A stretch of DNA of 64,000 nucleotides from positions 17,118-81,117 of the forward strand of contig JACKFN010000003.1 of assembly GCA_020632445.1 (NCBI GenBank), read 5' to 3'. The position numbers were made by a program, and so were the translations under genes. Positions 29,604 through 39,777 of this stretch are shown in pieces. Position 1 is the stretch's first letter. Every line of letters begins with the position of its first letter. This stretch comes from Candidatus Nomurabacteria bacterium. Lineage in GTDB: Bacteria; Patescibacteriota; Patescibacteriia; Magasanikbacterales; UBA922. The notes below the pieces were generated by a model. The model did no database searches, had not been told where the DNA came from, and was given only the letters and a program-made list of their open reading frames with translations.

Positions 29604-30926
29604 TTATTGTACAAATTGACTTGGTTTGTAGAATAGGCTTGGGATTATTTCAAGAATTTTGCTTATTGAAAGGATTCCACCGTAACTTTCAAGTTCACCA
29701 TGCAATCCAACTGTTGGAACGCCAAGAAAACAATTTTTTGTTGTATCGATAGCTGTCCCGCCAGAGTTACCGTGGTCGATTTTTGCTGATGTTACATAAA
29801 AGCCATCAACCCTACTCTCTATTCCACTAAGCAATCCTTCAGTGACGGTAAGATTTTCACCACTGACTGAGGGAAATCCATAAATTCTAATCGAATCTCC
29901 TATCTGAGTTTGATCTTCTGTGCACGGTAGAATTGGGAGTGGTTTAAGAGTGGATGGTGTACTTGACGAAAGCTCGAATGTCCAAAAGTCATAATCTTCA
30001 TTTTCTCTCATGGAGTAAGATACGGTGTAAAAAGTGTCTGATAATATGCCTTTTTTGTCAACGCCCATTACTATGCAGTACTCAGGGTATCCAAGACTTA
30101 CATGCATATTGGAAAGTACTCTTGTTTCGGTTATAACGGTTCCAGAACCTTGAGATATGTATTCAAAATTTGGGTCAGTACATAGAATTTTGACAATAGA
30201 TGAAAATAGTTCTGGGTCCGAGTTAGTACTTGTTGTATGGTTTTCAATTATTTCTATAGTCGTTTGAGAGACAAATGATAAACGATCTATTTTCGATGCA
30301 TCATTTCCGTCATAGATTAGAAAATACTTGAAGCGATATTTAGTACGTCTCAGGTCTTCTTTTGTGTTTTCTGTAGCAAGTACATCGACGTTACAGACAA
30401 AGTCAGCACAATCGAGTGATTGAACTTCGTGAGCAAGGGTATTTTTGTAACCGTCTTTCCATTCTGCAAAAGAGATTCGTTCTTGTGCTGGTATACTGAG
30501 CAGACCAAAAGCTCCTTCGTAGTCTCTGAAATCAAGTAGGTTGAAGTATTTACGAATGGCAGTTTCCGCTTCTTCTTTTGAAAATTCTTTTGTGACTATA
30601 TTTGGGGATGAAGTACTAGTGTCTACGTGGGTTTCCTTTTTTAAATTATTGCTTTGGCTTACAGCCATTGAAATGAAAAATATAACTATGACACCTAGAA
30701 CTAATATCAAAATTATCCAAAACAGGAAGATGGGGCTTCTATTGTTTTTTTGTTGTGTGATTTGATTTGTCTGGCTTTGGGTTTGTGGTTTGTGCAGGCT
30801 TGATCCACAAGAGTGACAAAATTTTGATGATTCTTGCTGTTGTTCACCGCAATTGTGACAAAAAGTCATAGAAATATGTATAAAGACAAAAAGCTGCCGC
30901 CCAAATGTAGTCTTACGACTACTCAT
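29604..30926 (-). CDS. zinc-ribbon-anchored protein with C-terminal trypsin-like serine protease domain
   Basis: FCHNCGEQQQESSKFCHSCGSSL (likely true start at MTFCHNCG, ~30869), TM helix, C-terminal IDHGNSGGTAID = GDSGG-type catalytic Ser motif. Confidence 0.5.
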   Translation of the reverse strand: MSSRKTTFGRQLFVFIHISMTFCHNCGEQQQESSKFCHSCGSSLHKPQTQSQTNQITQQKNNRSPIFLFWIILILVLGVIVIFFISMAVSQSNNLKKETHVDTSTSSPNIVTKEFSKEEAETAIRKYFNLLDFRDYEGAFGLLSIPAQERISFAEWKDGYKNTLAHEVQSLDCADFVCNVDVLATENTKEDLRRTKYRFKYFLIYDGNDASKIDRLSFVSQTTIEIIENHTTSTNSDPELFSSIVKILCTDPNFEYISQGSGTVITETRVLSNMHVSLGYPEYCIVMGVDKKGILSDTFYTVSYSMRENEDYDFWTFELSSSTPSTLKPLPILPCTEDQTQIGDSIRIYGFPSVSGENLTVTEGLLSGIESRVDGFYVTSAKIDHGNSGGTAIDTTKNCFLGVPTVGLHGELESYGGILSISKILEIIPSLFYKPSQFVQ

Positions 30927-31104
30927 GCCCGTTTCCAGACACGACCAACCAAGGAGATGAGCGGACAGCTTACTACCTTGGTTGGTTTTGTTGCCATGCC
31001 TCCCTATGGAGGTTTAGGCATAAGTTGTGAGTGGAGTATACCGCAAGTGGTTGACTTATTTCAAGTATTTGTTACTGTGAGAACAACATTGGATTTACAA
31101 GAGT

Positions 31105-32286
31105 ATGAGAATTTCTGACTTAAAAGAAGATTTGGAACGTCGTTTTTTAGCCATTCAGAATGCGGAAGACAGGCCTGTTTTTTATAGATACATATATGAT
31201 TATCTTTCTGCCATTTTTGACTCTGACAAGCTGATGTCCATTGTTGAGTCCCTGGAGCAGGAACGCGATGCTGAGTACGAAGAGTATTGGAGATTACATG
31301 CCCTTTCAGAGAAATCTGTTGATGTATCCGTACAGGAATTGATTAAAATATATGAAGGGATCTCTGATCCATCCGAGAATTTGGTGCAGGCTAAGGCAAG
31401 CCTTGATAAGGTTTTTTCAGGTAGTGTTTCTAGTAATATAGATTTTCTGTCAAACAAGGTAAGGCATTTGACTGATTTTATACGTGAGTTACGAGAGGTT
31501 GTTAACATGGAACAGCTTGCCAGTTTTACTTCTCAAGAAACTATCAGATTTCCTGCTGTCAGAGAGGTTGATTTACCAACAGGAAAGAAACTTGAACATT
31601 ATATTCGAAAAGAAAATTTGGCCGATAAGTATGCTTTTTCTTTTTATTCTGAGGAGTACGAAAATTGTTTGCGAGAAAAGCAAAGAATAGATAGGTTAAA
31701 ACACAGTACAATATGGGATGCATGGTTTTCTTTGAAACCTATCAAGTTTCTCATTGCAGATCAGCAAAATCTGCGTCTCATGATTGAGTGTGAAGAATAT
31801 CATGATAAGACAAAGGTGGAATATTATATCGCGGCCTACTATGCTTTAAACAATAAGGGAGAAGAAGAAAGACGAGCTCAATATTTTGGAGACATTCAAA
31901 GATTACATATTTGGATTTTGAGGGGATTATTTGAAGGGGAAAAGATAGATATAGTTGTGGATTTCGACAAAGGTATATACCAAAAAGATATACCTGAACG
32001 TTCGTATCCCTTAACTGGGAATCGTTTACAAATAATGAGATACTTGCGGAAAACATACAAGAAAGGTCCTGTCTTGGCATATGAAGTGTATGGTGATGAA
32101 AAAAAATTAAGTGCACTTTCTCATGATATAAATGGAAAAAATGGAAGTAGCAAAGGTATCAACACTCATTTGAATGAAAAGGGAATAGTACCTGAGGGGA
32201 TGAAGCTCATCGTGAAGAGGGATAACGGTGGGTATATGCTAGATCGACAAAACTTTTCTATTGATTATGCTGGAGATTGGAGTTGA
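31105..32286 (+). CDS. hypothetical protein (393 aa)
   Basis: Intact ORF, soluble, no motif. Confidence 0.45.
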   Translation: MRISDLKEDLERRFLAIQNAEDRPVFYRYIYDYLSAIFDSDKLMSIVESLEQERDAEYEEYWRLHALSEKSVDVSVQELIKIYEGISDPSENLVQAKASLDKVFSGSVSSNIDFLSNKVRHLTDFIRELREVVNMEQLASFTSQETIRFPAVREVDLPTGKKLEHYIRKENLADKYAFSFYSEEYENCLREKQRIDRLKHSTIWDAWFSLKPIKFLIADQQNLRLMIECEEYHDKTKVEYYIAAYYALNNKGEEERRAQYFGDIQRLHIWILRGLFEGEKIDIVVDFDKGIYQKDIPERSYPLTGNRLQIMRYLRKTYKKGPVLAYEVYGDEKKLSALSHDINGKNGSSKGINTHLNEKGIVPEGMKLIVKRDNGGYMLDRQNFSIDYAGDWS

Positions 32287-32865
32287 CGGATAGTTGTTGT
32301 ATATAACCTGTTTAAAATCAGCTAATTTAAGCTGATTTTTTGTATTTGTCACTCAAGTAAAATGCAATTATATTTCAGCTTTGGTTTTTCTATACTTACT
32401 GTAGTGAGCTCACAACTATTTATCTACAATTAGCAAACATATGACAAAAGACATGAAAAACGTCCCATTCTTAGATGATTACCAAAATCCAGTAGCGGTT
32501 CAAGACCTTGGTGCTTGCGCTGGGCTTGTAAGTTCGGGATACCCTCTCCTGCATATAGACCGCAGCCAGGGGAGCAAAGCATTCTTTCTATTCGAAAATG
32601 CTGATGAGATTCATGAGGCAATTCAGTTGTATTGGCGTGATCAACTCCAGGTGAGTGCACTTGCAAACTTCAACGCATTGAAGAACGTGAAAACGAGACT
32701 CTATTCTGACACTGGATATGAAGCTTAAGGATAAAGAACTTGGGGAATTTATAACATTGTACGAGCAAGCCTTTGGTATCAAGCTAGAAAAGGCTGATGC
32801 TGAGGGAAAAGCACAGGCAGTTTTGAATCTGGTAAAGCTGACCTATAAGCCAATAAAAAAAACGT

Positions 32866-34215
32866 ATGCAAAAGAGCAAGAATAAGAACAAGAAGACGAA
32901 ATATAGACCAACTCATGAGGATGATGGTTACCTCTATGAAATGATACTTGACCCAAACGACGGAAAGACCTATTTCGTAGGACTCGTGGATGGTGAGGTC
33001 AAAATCCGAGAGGAGTTTGGAGATACAAAACCATTTCCTGCAACACATGACCTTATAGCCTATGGTGCGATTATGCTGCCATCAGAAGCCACTAAGTATG
33101 GTTCACAGGCGGAGCTAATAACAGAGATACAGACATTCATTCACAAATACCTGGAGGTGTCTCCATTTTATGAGAAAATAGCAACATATTACGTCCTTTT
33201 CACTTGGATGTATGACAAGTTTAACGAGCTTCCATATTTGCGAGCAATTGCAGACTTTGGGAATGGGAAAAGTCGATTTCTCAAAACAATAGGGAGTCTT
33301 TGCTATAGGCCAATGGTAACCATGGGAGCATCTACTGTAGCCCCTATATTCCGCATCCTGCACCAATTTCATGGAACTTTGATTCTTGATGAAGCAGATA
33401 TTCGGTATAGCGACACAAATAACGAAATTGTGAAGATCCTTAACGTGGGATTTCAAAGGGGACAGCCTGTATTCCGTTGTAGTGCAGCGGAATACGACGA
33501 TGTGCAGGCTTTCGAGGTATTTGGGCCCAAGCTCGTGGCAACACGGGAAAAGTATCAAGATCAGGCATTGGAGAGTCGATTTTTGGTGGAGAAGATGGAT
33601 GGCAGCCTGACGAGAAGTGATGTACCGATAAATCTAGGCGATAGTTTTGGAAAGGAGGCCTTGGCTATACGAAACAGGTGCCTTTATTGGCGTTTGGAGA
33701 ATTATTCAAAGGAGTTTCAACCATACAGAATTGAAGACAAATCTATTGAGCCTCGATTACGTCAGATCGCTGCACCTCTTTGTGGAATTATAGAGGATGA
33801 AGCCATGCGTAATGAGTTGATAGATTTCATACGTACGTACAATAACGAGTTACGCGATGATAGGGGCATGACGGATGAAGGAGAAATATTGGAGGTCATG
33901 ATTGGATTGGCGAAAGAGGATTCGGGTGATATATCGATAAATAGTATAACTTCTACATACAATTTACGTCTTACAACCAGGAATCAAAAAAGTGAAGTAA
34001 GCAATAAGAAAGTTGGCTACATCGTTCGACATAGCTTTAACATGCAGAATAAACGGGCAAATCATGGGTATGTCGTTGTGAGGGAGTCGTTCGATAGAGA
34101 AATCAAAAAACTTCTGGTGAAGTACAATTTTGAGGATGAACTTGTGAACTTAGTGAACGTTACAGGAGAGGCTGAGCCGTTTGTGAAGGAAATGCGTGAG
34201 TTGGGAGTTGAATAA
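32866..34215 (+). CDS. P-loop NTPase, mobile-element-type (primase/helicase-associated ATPase-like)
   Basis: Walker A FGNGKSRFLKT and Walker B LILDEADI; sits inside a probable integrated element next to the recombinase. Confidence 0.5.
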   Translation: MQKSKNKNKKTKYRPTHEDDGYLYEMILDPNDGKTYFVGLVDGEVKIREEFGDTKPFPATHDLIAYGAIMLPSEATKYGSQAELITEIQTFIHKYLEVSPFYEKIATYYVLFTWMYDKFNELPYLRAIADFGNGKSRFLKTIGSLCYRPMVTMGASTVAPIFRILHQFHGTLILDEADIRYSDTNNEIVKILNVGFQRGQPVFRCSAAEYDDVQAFEVFGPKLVATREKYQDQALESRFLVEKMDGSLTRSDVPINLGDSFGKEALAIRNRCLYWRLENYSKEFQPYRIEDKSIEPRLRQIAAPLCGIIEDEAMRNELIDFIRTYNNELRDDRGMTDEGEILEVMIGLAKEDSGDISINSITSTYNLRLTTRNQKSEVSNKKVGYIVRHSFNMQNKRANHGYVVVRESFDREIKKLLVKYNFEDELVNLVNVTGEAEPFVKEMRELGVE

Positions 34216-34828
34216 TCAAAATGATATGACTAAAGAAATAGAACACAAAAAACAAGAGATGTGGGATCGAATAGAAAAGAGAAAACTTGCAAAGATGCTG
34301 TCTTCCTCGTCCCACCCTGAACAGGTTATTGGAAAGTTCAAGGAGATGCTCAAGAAATATAACAAAGACGCAAAGGCAGTTTCTGACAAAGAATTTGATG
34401 ACAAATTTGTCAAAGCAGCTATGACGTTGGGTTTGGAAACACATTTCCCTCTAGCTCATGCAACAAGATCGTTGACACAGCCGTTAGCGATCGAGTTTGC
34501 CAACAGCCTCAGTAAAGAGTTCAAGGTTAGTAATAGTGCCGAAAAAGCACTGGTGCAGATAGTTGCTAATTCTTATGTACGGGTGATGAACCTCTCCAGT
34601 CAGCTAAACGATGTTCTTCATTTGGGACACGCCACCAACAACCTTAATGGATTTTACGCCGCTGTAAGTAAGGATCTTGATAGAGCGCACAGGCAATTTG
34701 TATCTTCTCTTACACTTCTTAGAGAGCTTAAAATGCCCCCAATAAAGGTCAATGTCCATACAAAAGCAGCTTTCATAGCACAGAATCAACAATTGAACAA
34801 TAATCCATATGAAAACGATAAAGGGTAA
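34196..34828 (+). CDS. hypothetical protein (210 aa)
   Basis: ORF overlapping previous stop. Confidence 0.4.
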   Translation: MSWELNNQNDMTKEIEHKKQEMWDRIEKRKLAKMLSSSSHPEQVIGKFKEMLKKYNKDAKAVSDKEFDDKFVKAAMTLGLETHFPLAHATRSLTQPLAIEFANSLSKEFKVSNSAEKALVQIVANSYVRVMNLSSQLNDVLHLGHATNNLNGFYAAVSKDLDRAHRQFVSSLTLLRELKMPPIKVNVHTKAAFIAQNQQLNNNPYENDKG

Positions 34829-35150
34829 TGATTACGGAAAAAGGTACCTGGTGGAAGACTGCAAGAAGATTCGCATTGATGAGGTGGTGAAGAAAAGTAA
34901 AAAGCAGATATTGGAAAGCCTCTTACACGGAGTCATCGAGCTAGATGGTGTAAGTTTGGGTGTTACGAGTCACACTCTCCATAATGGTGGAAGAAGACTA
35001 TTTTTCGAGTGCATAAAATGCAAACTCCCATGTGGAATTATTTATAAGCATCCTGTCACCAGTCAGATTGGGTGTAGAAAGTGCCTTCACCTCGATTATA
35101 GAAGTAGAAGGTACAAAGGCATGATTGAAAATAACCTCGAAAAGAGGTAA
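34809..35150 (+). CDS. small Cys-containing hypothetical protein
   Basis: CIKCKLPCG...CRKCLHLDYRSRR putative zinc finger. Confidence 0.35.
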   Translation: MKTIKGNDYGKRYLVEDCKKIRIDEVVKKSKKQILESLLHGVIELDGVSLGVTSHTLHNGGRRLFFECIKCKLPCGIIYKHPVTSQIGCRKCLHLDYRSRRYKGMIENNLEKR

Positions 35151-35298
35151 AATACCTATGCTTACCCATTTCCCGTAAAAGGCCAGAGGCTTTATTGTTC
35201 GTTGTATCAATAAGGCAGTCCTGCCAATGAACAGTCCTCTGGATTGGGATTTGGGTAAGCCAGGACTGTCTTTTGTTTTGCTAACATTTATCAAACAT

Positions 35299-36954
35299 AT
35301 GAAAAAACTACGTTACGCACGCTATACACGTAAATCAACAGACTCAGAGGATAAACAAGTGCAATCTATTGATGATCAGATTCGTGAAATTCAGCCTGAA
35401 ATTGATAGAAGGAATCTTGATGTGGTGATTACTTTTGAAGAGTCAATGTCAGCCAAAAAACCAGGAAGACCAAAGTTTAATGAAATGATGCAGATGATCA
35501 AAGCGGGTGAGATTGATGGAATTGTTTGTTGGAAGTTAAATCGTCTTGCCAGAAATCCTGTGGATGGTGGTGAAATACAGTGGTTACTACAACAGGGAAT
35601 ATTAAAATCCATTGTTACGCCATCAAGGGAGTATCTTCCAAGCGATAATGTATTGATGATGGCAGTGGAGTTGGGTATGGCAAACCAGTTTGTCTTAGAT
35701 TTAAGCAAGGACGTGAAAAGAGGATTGACCACTAAGAATCATAAGGGTTGGAGACCTGGAAAAGCACCAATGGGATACATAAATGACAAGTATGGTGATA
35801 AGGGGAATAAAAAGATCTATGTGGATGAGGAAGTGTTTCCATTGCTTCGTCAGGTGTGGGATATGTTGCTTACAGAGCGGTATAGCATACATGAGCTGGC
35901 TAAGATAGCCACAGAGCAGTTTGGCTTGAAAAATAAGAGTGGGTTGGGATTACACGACAGCACCTTATATGGAATATTCACAAATACATTTTACTATGGA
36001 GAATATACATATGCTGGTGATGTATTTCAAGGAGCGCACACTCCGCTTATCACGGTAGAGGAGTTTGATAGGACACAGCAGATATTAGGTAAGAAGGGAA
36101 AGCCTCGCCCGAAGAATAAAAGACTCCCATACAATGGAATTATTGATTGCGGTGAATGTGGTGGTATGATTACTACAGAAGATAAGCGCAAGGTCATAAA
36201 ATCCACTGGAGAAGTTCGTAGGTACCTGTATCATCGTTGTACAAAGCGAAAGTCTCATGTTTCTTGTGGTCAAAAGCCAATAAAGCATGAAGAGTTAACA
36301 AATCAGATAGATGGATATCTAGAGCAAATAACTATACCAACAGAGTTTCTCTCTTGGGCTATTAAATGTCTCAGAAGAGAAAATGAACTTCAGGACAATC
36401 AACGCAATAGAATCCTCTTAAGCCAGCGAAAGGCTTATGACCTATGCTTGAAGCGCCTGAGCAACCTTACAACGCTTTATATAAGCCCTGAGAACATTGA
36501 CAGGTCTCTACTTAATGAAGATGAGTTTAGAAAACAAAAGGAAGAAATGCGCAAAGAGAAGCTTAGGTTGGAACAGGAAATAAGAAAGGTTGAAAGCGGT
36601 GCAGATGAATGGTTCGAACTGGCAGAGAAGACATTTAACTTTGCGACCTATGCTCGACATCATTTTGAAGAGGGAAATTTTGAAACAAAAACAAACATAC
36701 TTCGTTGTCTAGGAAGTAATTTCACACTCAAAGATGGAAAACTTTCTATTGAATTGCAAAAACCATTTGTGACCTTAAAAGAAGGTTTTGAAAGTGCACC
36801 TTTAAAGGAATATAGGTTAGAACCAGGCAAATTTGCCTTAATAGAAAAGAAAAACAGCCATTTGAAGGCTGCTTCTGAGCTTGTGAGCCGTTATCCAGGA
36901 TTGAACTGGAGACCTCATCCTTACCATGGATGCGCTCTACCAACTGAGCTATAA
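35299..36954 (+). CDS. large serine recombinase (resolvase/invertase catalytic domain + recombinase domain + zinc ribbon)
   Basis: YARYTRKSTDSEDKQ..SIDDQ (Ser catalytic motif), GIVCWKLNRLARN, CGECGG...YHRCTKRK...CGQK; start at MKKLRY; 3' end overlaps tRNA-Thr. Confidence 0.8.
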   Translation: MKKLRYARYTRKSTDSEDKQVQSIDDQIREIQPEIDRRNLDVVITFEESMSAKKPGRPKFNEMMQMIKAGEIDGIVCWKLNRLARNPVDGGEIQWLLQQGILKSIVTPSREYLPSDNVLMMAVELGMANQFVLDLSKDVKRGLTTKNHKGWRPGKAPMGYINDKYGDKGNKKIYVDEEVFPLLRQVWDMLLTERYSIHELAKIATEQFGLKNKSGLGLHDSTLYGIFTNTFYYGEYTYAGDVFQGAHTPLITVEEFDRTQQILGKKGKPRPKNKRLPYNGIIDCGECGGMITTEDKRKVIKSTGEVRRYLYHRCTKRKSHVSCGQKPIKHEELTNQIDGYLEQITIPTEFLSWAIKCLRRENELQDNQRNRILLSQRKAYDLCLKRLSNLTTLYISPENIDRSLLNEDEFRKQKEEMRKEKLRLEQEIRKVESGADEWFELAEKTFNFATYARHHFEEGNFETKTNILRCLGSNFTLKDGKLSIELQKPFVTLKEGFESAPLKEYRLEPGKFALIEKKNSHLKAASELVSRYPGLNWRPHPYHGCALPTEL

Positions 36955-36958
36955 CGGC
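36886..36958 (-). tRNA. tRNA-Thr (anticodon GGT)
   Basis: Minus-strand GCCGTTA-TA-GCTC-AGTTGGTA-GAGC-G-CATCC-ATGGTAA-GGATG-AGGTC-TCCAG-TTCAATC-CTGGA-TAACGGC-T folds as cloverleaf; CCA not encoded. Confidence 0.8.
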
Positions 36959-37070
36959 GTATATGGGGAACATTGTACTCAAAAAGTCCAAGAAAGTCAA
37001 GGCAATATACGTAAACTCATTGAGTCGGCAGGCTTGGCCTTTTTTGGGAGCACGTGTATACTGGTGACAT

Positions 37071-38270
37071 ATGAAAATACTCAAAAAATTTCTCATCTTC
37101 TTTTTTCTTTTGTTGACCTTCATGCCATTTTCGTTGGTTCAGGCTGACGAAATGCCGATACCAACTTCAACCGAAGAAGTACAGCAGGCGATAGAAGAAG
37201 CCCAAAATTATGATCCATCACAACCAAATCCTATCGTCGATGTGTTTTTTCGTGCAAAAATCGTTGAACTTGGTGAGTCATCCGAAATTGACGATTTTGG
37301 CGTTCCTTATATCAGTCAACCACTTCGAGTGCGTCTTATTGAGGGAGACGAGCTCGGTAAAGAACTCGATTTGTCCTATGAGGCACGTGGTCAGGAAGCT
37401 CGAAACGCTTTGCAAGTAGGGGACAAAGTCGTGGTCGGAAGGAGTTTGAATTATCCAGATCTTACTTTTGAATATTATGTTGCGGATATTTACCGTTTGA
37501 GCGGTTTGTATTGGCTCCTCGCTTTCTTTGTGATTGTGACGATTGTGTTTGCAGGAAAACACGGTATGCGTTCTTTTATTGGACTCGTCATTAGTTTTCT
37601 GGTAATCATATACTTTATGGTTCCGAGAATTCTTGATGGTGCCAATCCATTTTTGATAAGTTTTATCGGGACGATTTTTATCACCTGTAGTGCGCTTTTC
37701 GTGGCGCATGGAATTCAGGCTCGTACTACGATTGCCTTTGCCGGAACACTCGTAACGATTTTGATTGCTTTGGTAATATCATACATTGCTGTACATGCGC
37801 TCAATCTTTTTGGGTTGGGGTCAGAGGAGGCATACTACCTGCAGTTTGCCGGTGACGTTCCTATCAATTTGCGGGGGCTGCTTCTTGGTGGTCTTATTAT
37901 TGGTACACTCGGTGTCCTTGATGATGTGACGACAGCGCAGGCTGCGGCCGTAGACGAGATACATAAAGCAAATGATCGATTTGGTTTTGCAGAGCTCTAT
38001 AAAAGAGGGATTTCAGTTGGGCGAGAGCATATTGTTTCACTAGTGAATACACTTGTCTTAGCATATACCGGTGCAGGATTTCCACTCCTACTTTTGTTTC
38101 ACATTTATCAGCAACCGCTTTGGCTTACACTCAATAGCGAAATCATCATGGAAGAAGTAGTACGCATGCTTGTTGGAAGTGTTGCACTTATCTTTGCTGT
38201 ACCGATAACAACGCTATTTGCAGCGTACGCATATTCGAGAAAAAATATTGATGACAAAAAAACCGCTTAA
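37071..38270 (+). CDS. YibE/F-like family membrane protein
   Basis: Signal peptide, ~150-aa extracytoplasmic domain, then ~7 TM helices. Confidence 0.45.
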   Translation: MKILKKFLIFFFLLLTFMPFSLVQADEMPIPTSTEEVQQAIEEAQNYDPSQPNPIVDVFFRAKIVELGESSEIDDFGVPYISQPLRVRLIEGDELGKELDLSYEARGQEARNALQVGDKVVVGRSLNYPDLTFEYYVADIYRLSGLYWLLAFFVIVTIVFAGKHGMRSFIGLVISFLVIIYFMVPRILDGANPFLISFIGTIFITCSALFVAHGIQARTTIAFAGTLVTILIALVISYIAVHALNLFGLGSEEAYYLQFAGDVPINLRGLLLGGLIIGTLGVLDDVTTAQAAAVDEIHKANDRFGFAELYKRGISVGREHIVSLVNTLVLAYTGAGFPLLLLFHIYQQPLWLTLNSEIIMEEVVRMLVGSVALIFAVPITTLFAAYAYSRKNIDDKKTA

Positions 38271-38282
38271 AGCGGTTTTTTA
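38254..38282. terminator. bidirectional terminator (aaaaaaaccgc-ttaa-gcggttttt), stop codon of plus gene in loop
   Basis: Perfect 7-bp stem flanked by A7 and T5. Confidence 0.7.
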
Positions 38283-38702
38283 CTTATCACATTTTTTGCA
38301 CAGCCCGTAGAATTCCATCGAGTGATCAATAATTTTGGAAAACTTCTTTGATTTTTTTTCGACATTTTTTACTGCGATGTCCATACTGCAGCTATGCATA
38401 TCCTCAATCAGACCACATTCCATACAAATTATGTGGTGATGGTGGCCGTGTTTATGTTGCATCTCAAAGTATGCCTCACGTCTGTGTAGATCGAGTCTTT
38501 GAATAATCCCTTTTTTTACAAAGGTATCGAGGTTTCTATAGAGTGTGACCTTATCCACTTCTAACAAGCTCTTCACCTGCATAAGGTCTTCTACGCTGAG
38601 GGGCTTTTTTGCTTTGGAGAGATAATTCAGGAGTGCAAGTCGAATAGGGGTAACCTTGAGGCCGCTTTCTCGTAGGAGAGTTTTTATTGAAGAAATATGC
38701 AT
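38280..38702 (-). CDS. Fur family transcriptional regulator (Fur/Zur/PerR)
   Basis: TPIRLALL...DKVTLYRNLDTFVKKGI...HHHHIICMECG...C: Fur fold with HHHxxCxxC metal site. Confidence 0.85.
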   Translation of the reverse strand: MHISSIKTLLRESGLKVTPIRLALLNYLSKAKKPLSVEDLMQVKSLLEVDKVTLYRNLDTFVKKGIIQRLDLHRREAYFEMQHKHGHHHHIICMECGLIEDMHSCSMDIAVKNVEKKSKKFSKIIDHSMEFYGLCKKCDK

Positions 38703-38838
38703 AAAAAAGGATTACTTAGAGGTAAAATTAGCATATTTTCTCATAGATGGCAAACTTATCCACATTTGCAAGTGCAACTAAGTTGCTTTTTTGAAAAAAG
38801 TGTAGTATACATTATATGTAACTTAATTGCATTTACAT

Positions 38839-39777
38839 ATGAGAATTGCATTCCTTGGAAAGGGGGGAAGTGGAAAAACCACCATTTCTGTCGCATATAC
38901 TCTCTATCTTGCTCAAAAAAAGAAGCAAGTGCTTGCTATTGATGGAGACGTAAACATGCACATGGCACCACTATTGCAGACGGATCAGCTTTGGGTACAT
39001 AAACATGCGTCGGATGTTCAGAAGTATCTCGAACCAGCACTTGCTGAAAAAGGCGTACCAATTATTGGGACACTTCCGCCAACAGCAGATGCAAAGTACA
39101 TCAATGTGAGCAAAGAAGATCCGTTCTTGAAAAAGTATGCAACCGTTGGTCTGGAGGATGTTCCACTGCTTACTGTTGGGACATATGAATCAAAGGATGC
39201 TGGAGCAAACTGTTATCATGGAAAGCTTCAGGTACTTGAGCTTATGCTTCATAGACTCAAAGATACGAAAGACCAAACAGCAGTATGTGATATGACGGCT
39301 GGGATTGATGCACTTGGTACAAGTTTGTACATGGCGTCAGATGTAAATGTTTTTGTCGTAGAGCCGACTCTCAAATCAGTCCAGGTATACCTTGATTTTG
39401 CTAAGGCTGCCGATGAGCATTCAATTACCACCTATGCACTTGCAAACAAAGTGGTTGATCAAGAGGACGAGAAGTTCTTAAGACAGCACATTGGTGAAGA
39501 TATGCTTATTGGAATAGTTCCTCATTCAACACTTCTTCGAAAGATTGAGCAAGGAGAGAAGGGAAAAATCTACGATTTTGTGGAAATCAATGAAGGAGTT
39601 TTTGGTCGCATTGAAGAGAAGGTTTCAGGAGTAAATCGGGACTACCAAGCATATATGAAAGAACTCAATCGAATTTACCGTTTAAACTGTGAGTGGTGGT
39701 ACAACGACTTTTATGGAAGTGACCTTACCAAATATATTGATGAATCTGTGAATTATGAAGAGGTGTTTGCCGCTTAA
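38839..39777 (+). CDS. ParA/MinD/CooC-family P-loop ATPase
   Basis: MRIAFLGKGGSGKTT deviant Walker A; start taken at MRIAF. Confidence 0.6.
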   Translation: MRIAFLGKGGSGKTTISVAYTLYLAQKKKQVLAIDGDVNMHMAPLLQTDQLWVHKHASDVQKYLEPALAEKGVPIIGTLPPTADAKYINVSKEDPFLKKYATVGLEDVPLLTVGTYESKDAGANCYHGKLQVLELMLHRLKDTKDQTAVCDMTAGIDALGTSLYMASDVNVFVVEPTLKSVQVYLDFAKAADEHSITTYALANKVVDQEDEKFLRQHIGEDMLIGIVPHSTLLRKIEQGEKGKIYDFVEINEGVFGRIEEKVSGVNRDYQAYMKELNRIYRLNCEWWYNDFYGSDLTKYIDESVNYEEVFAA

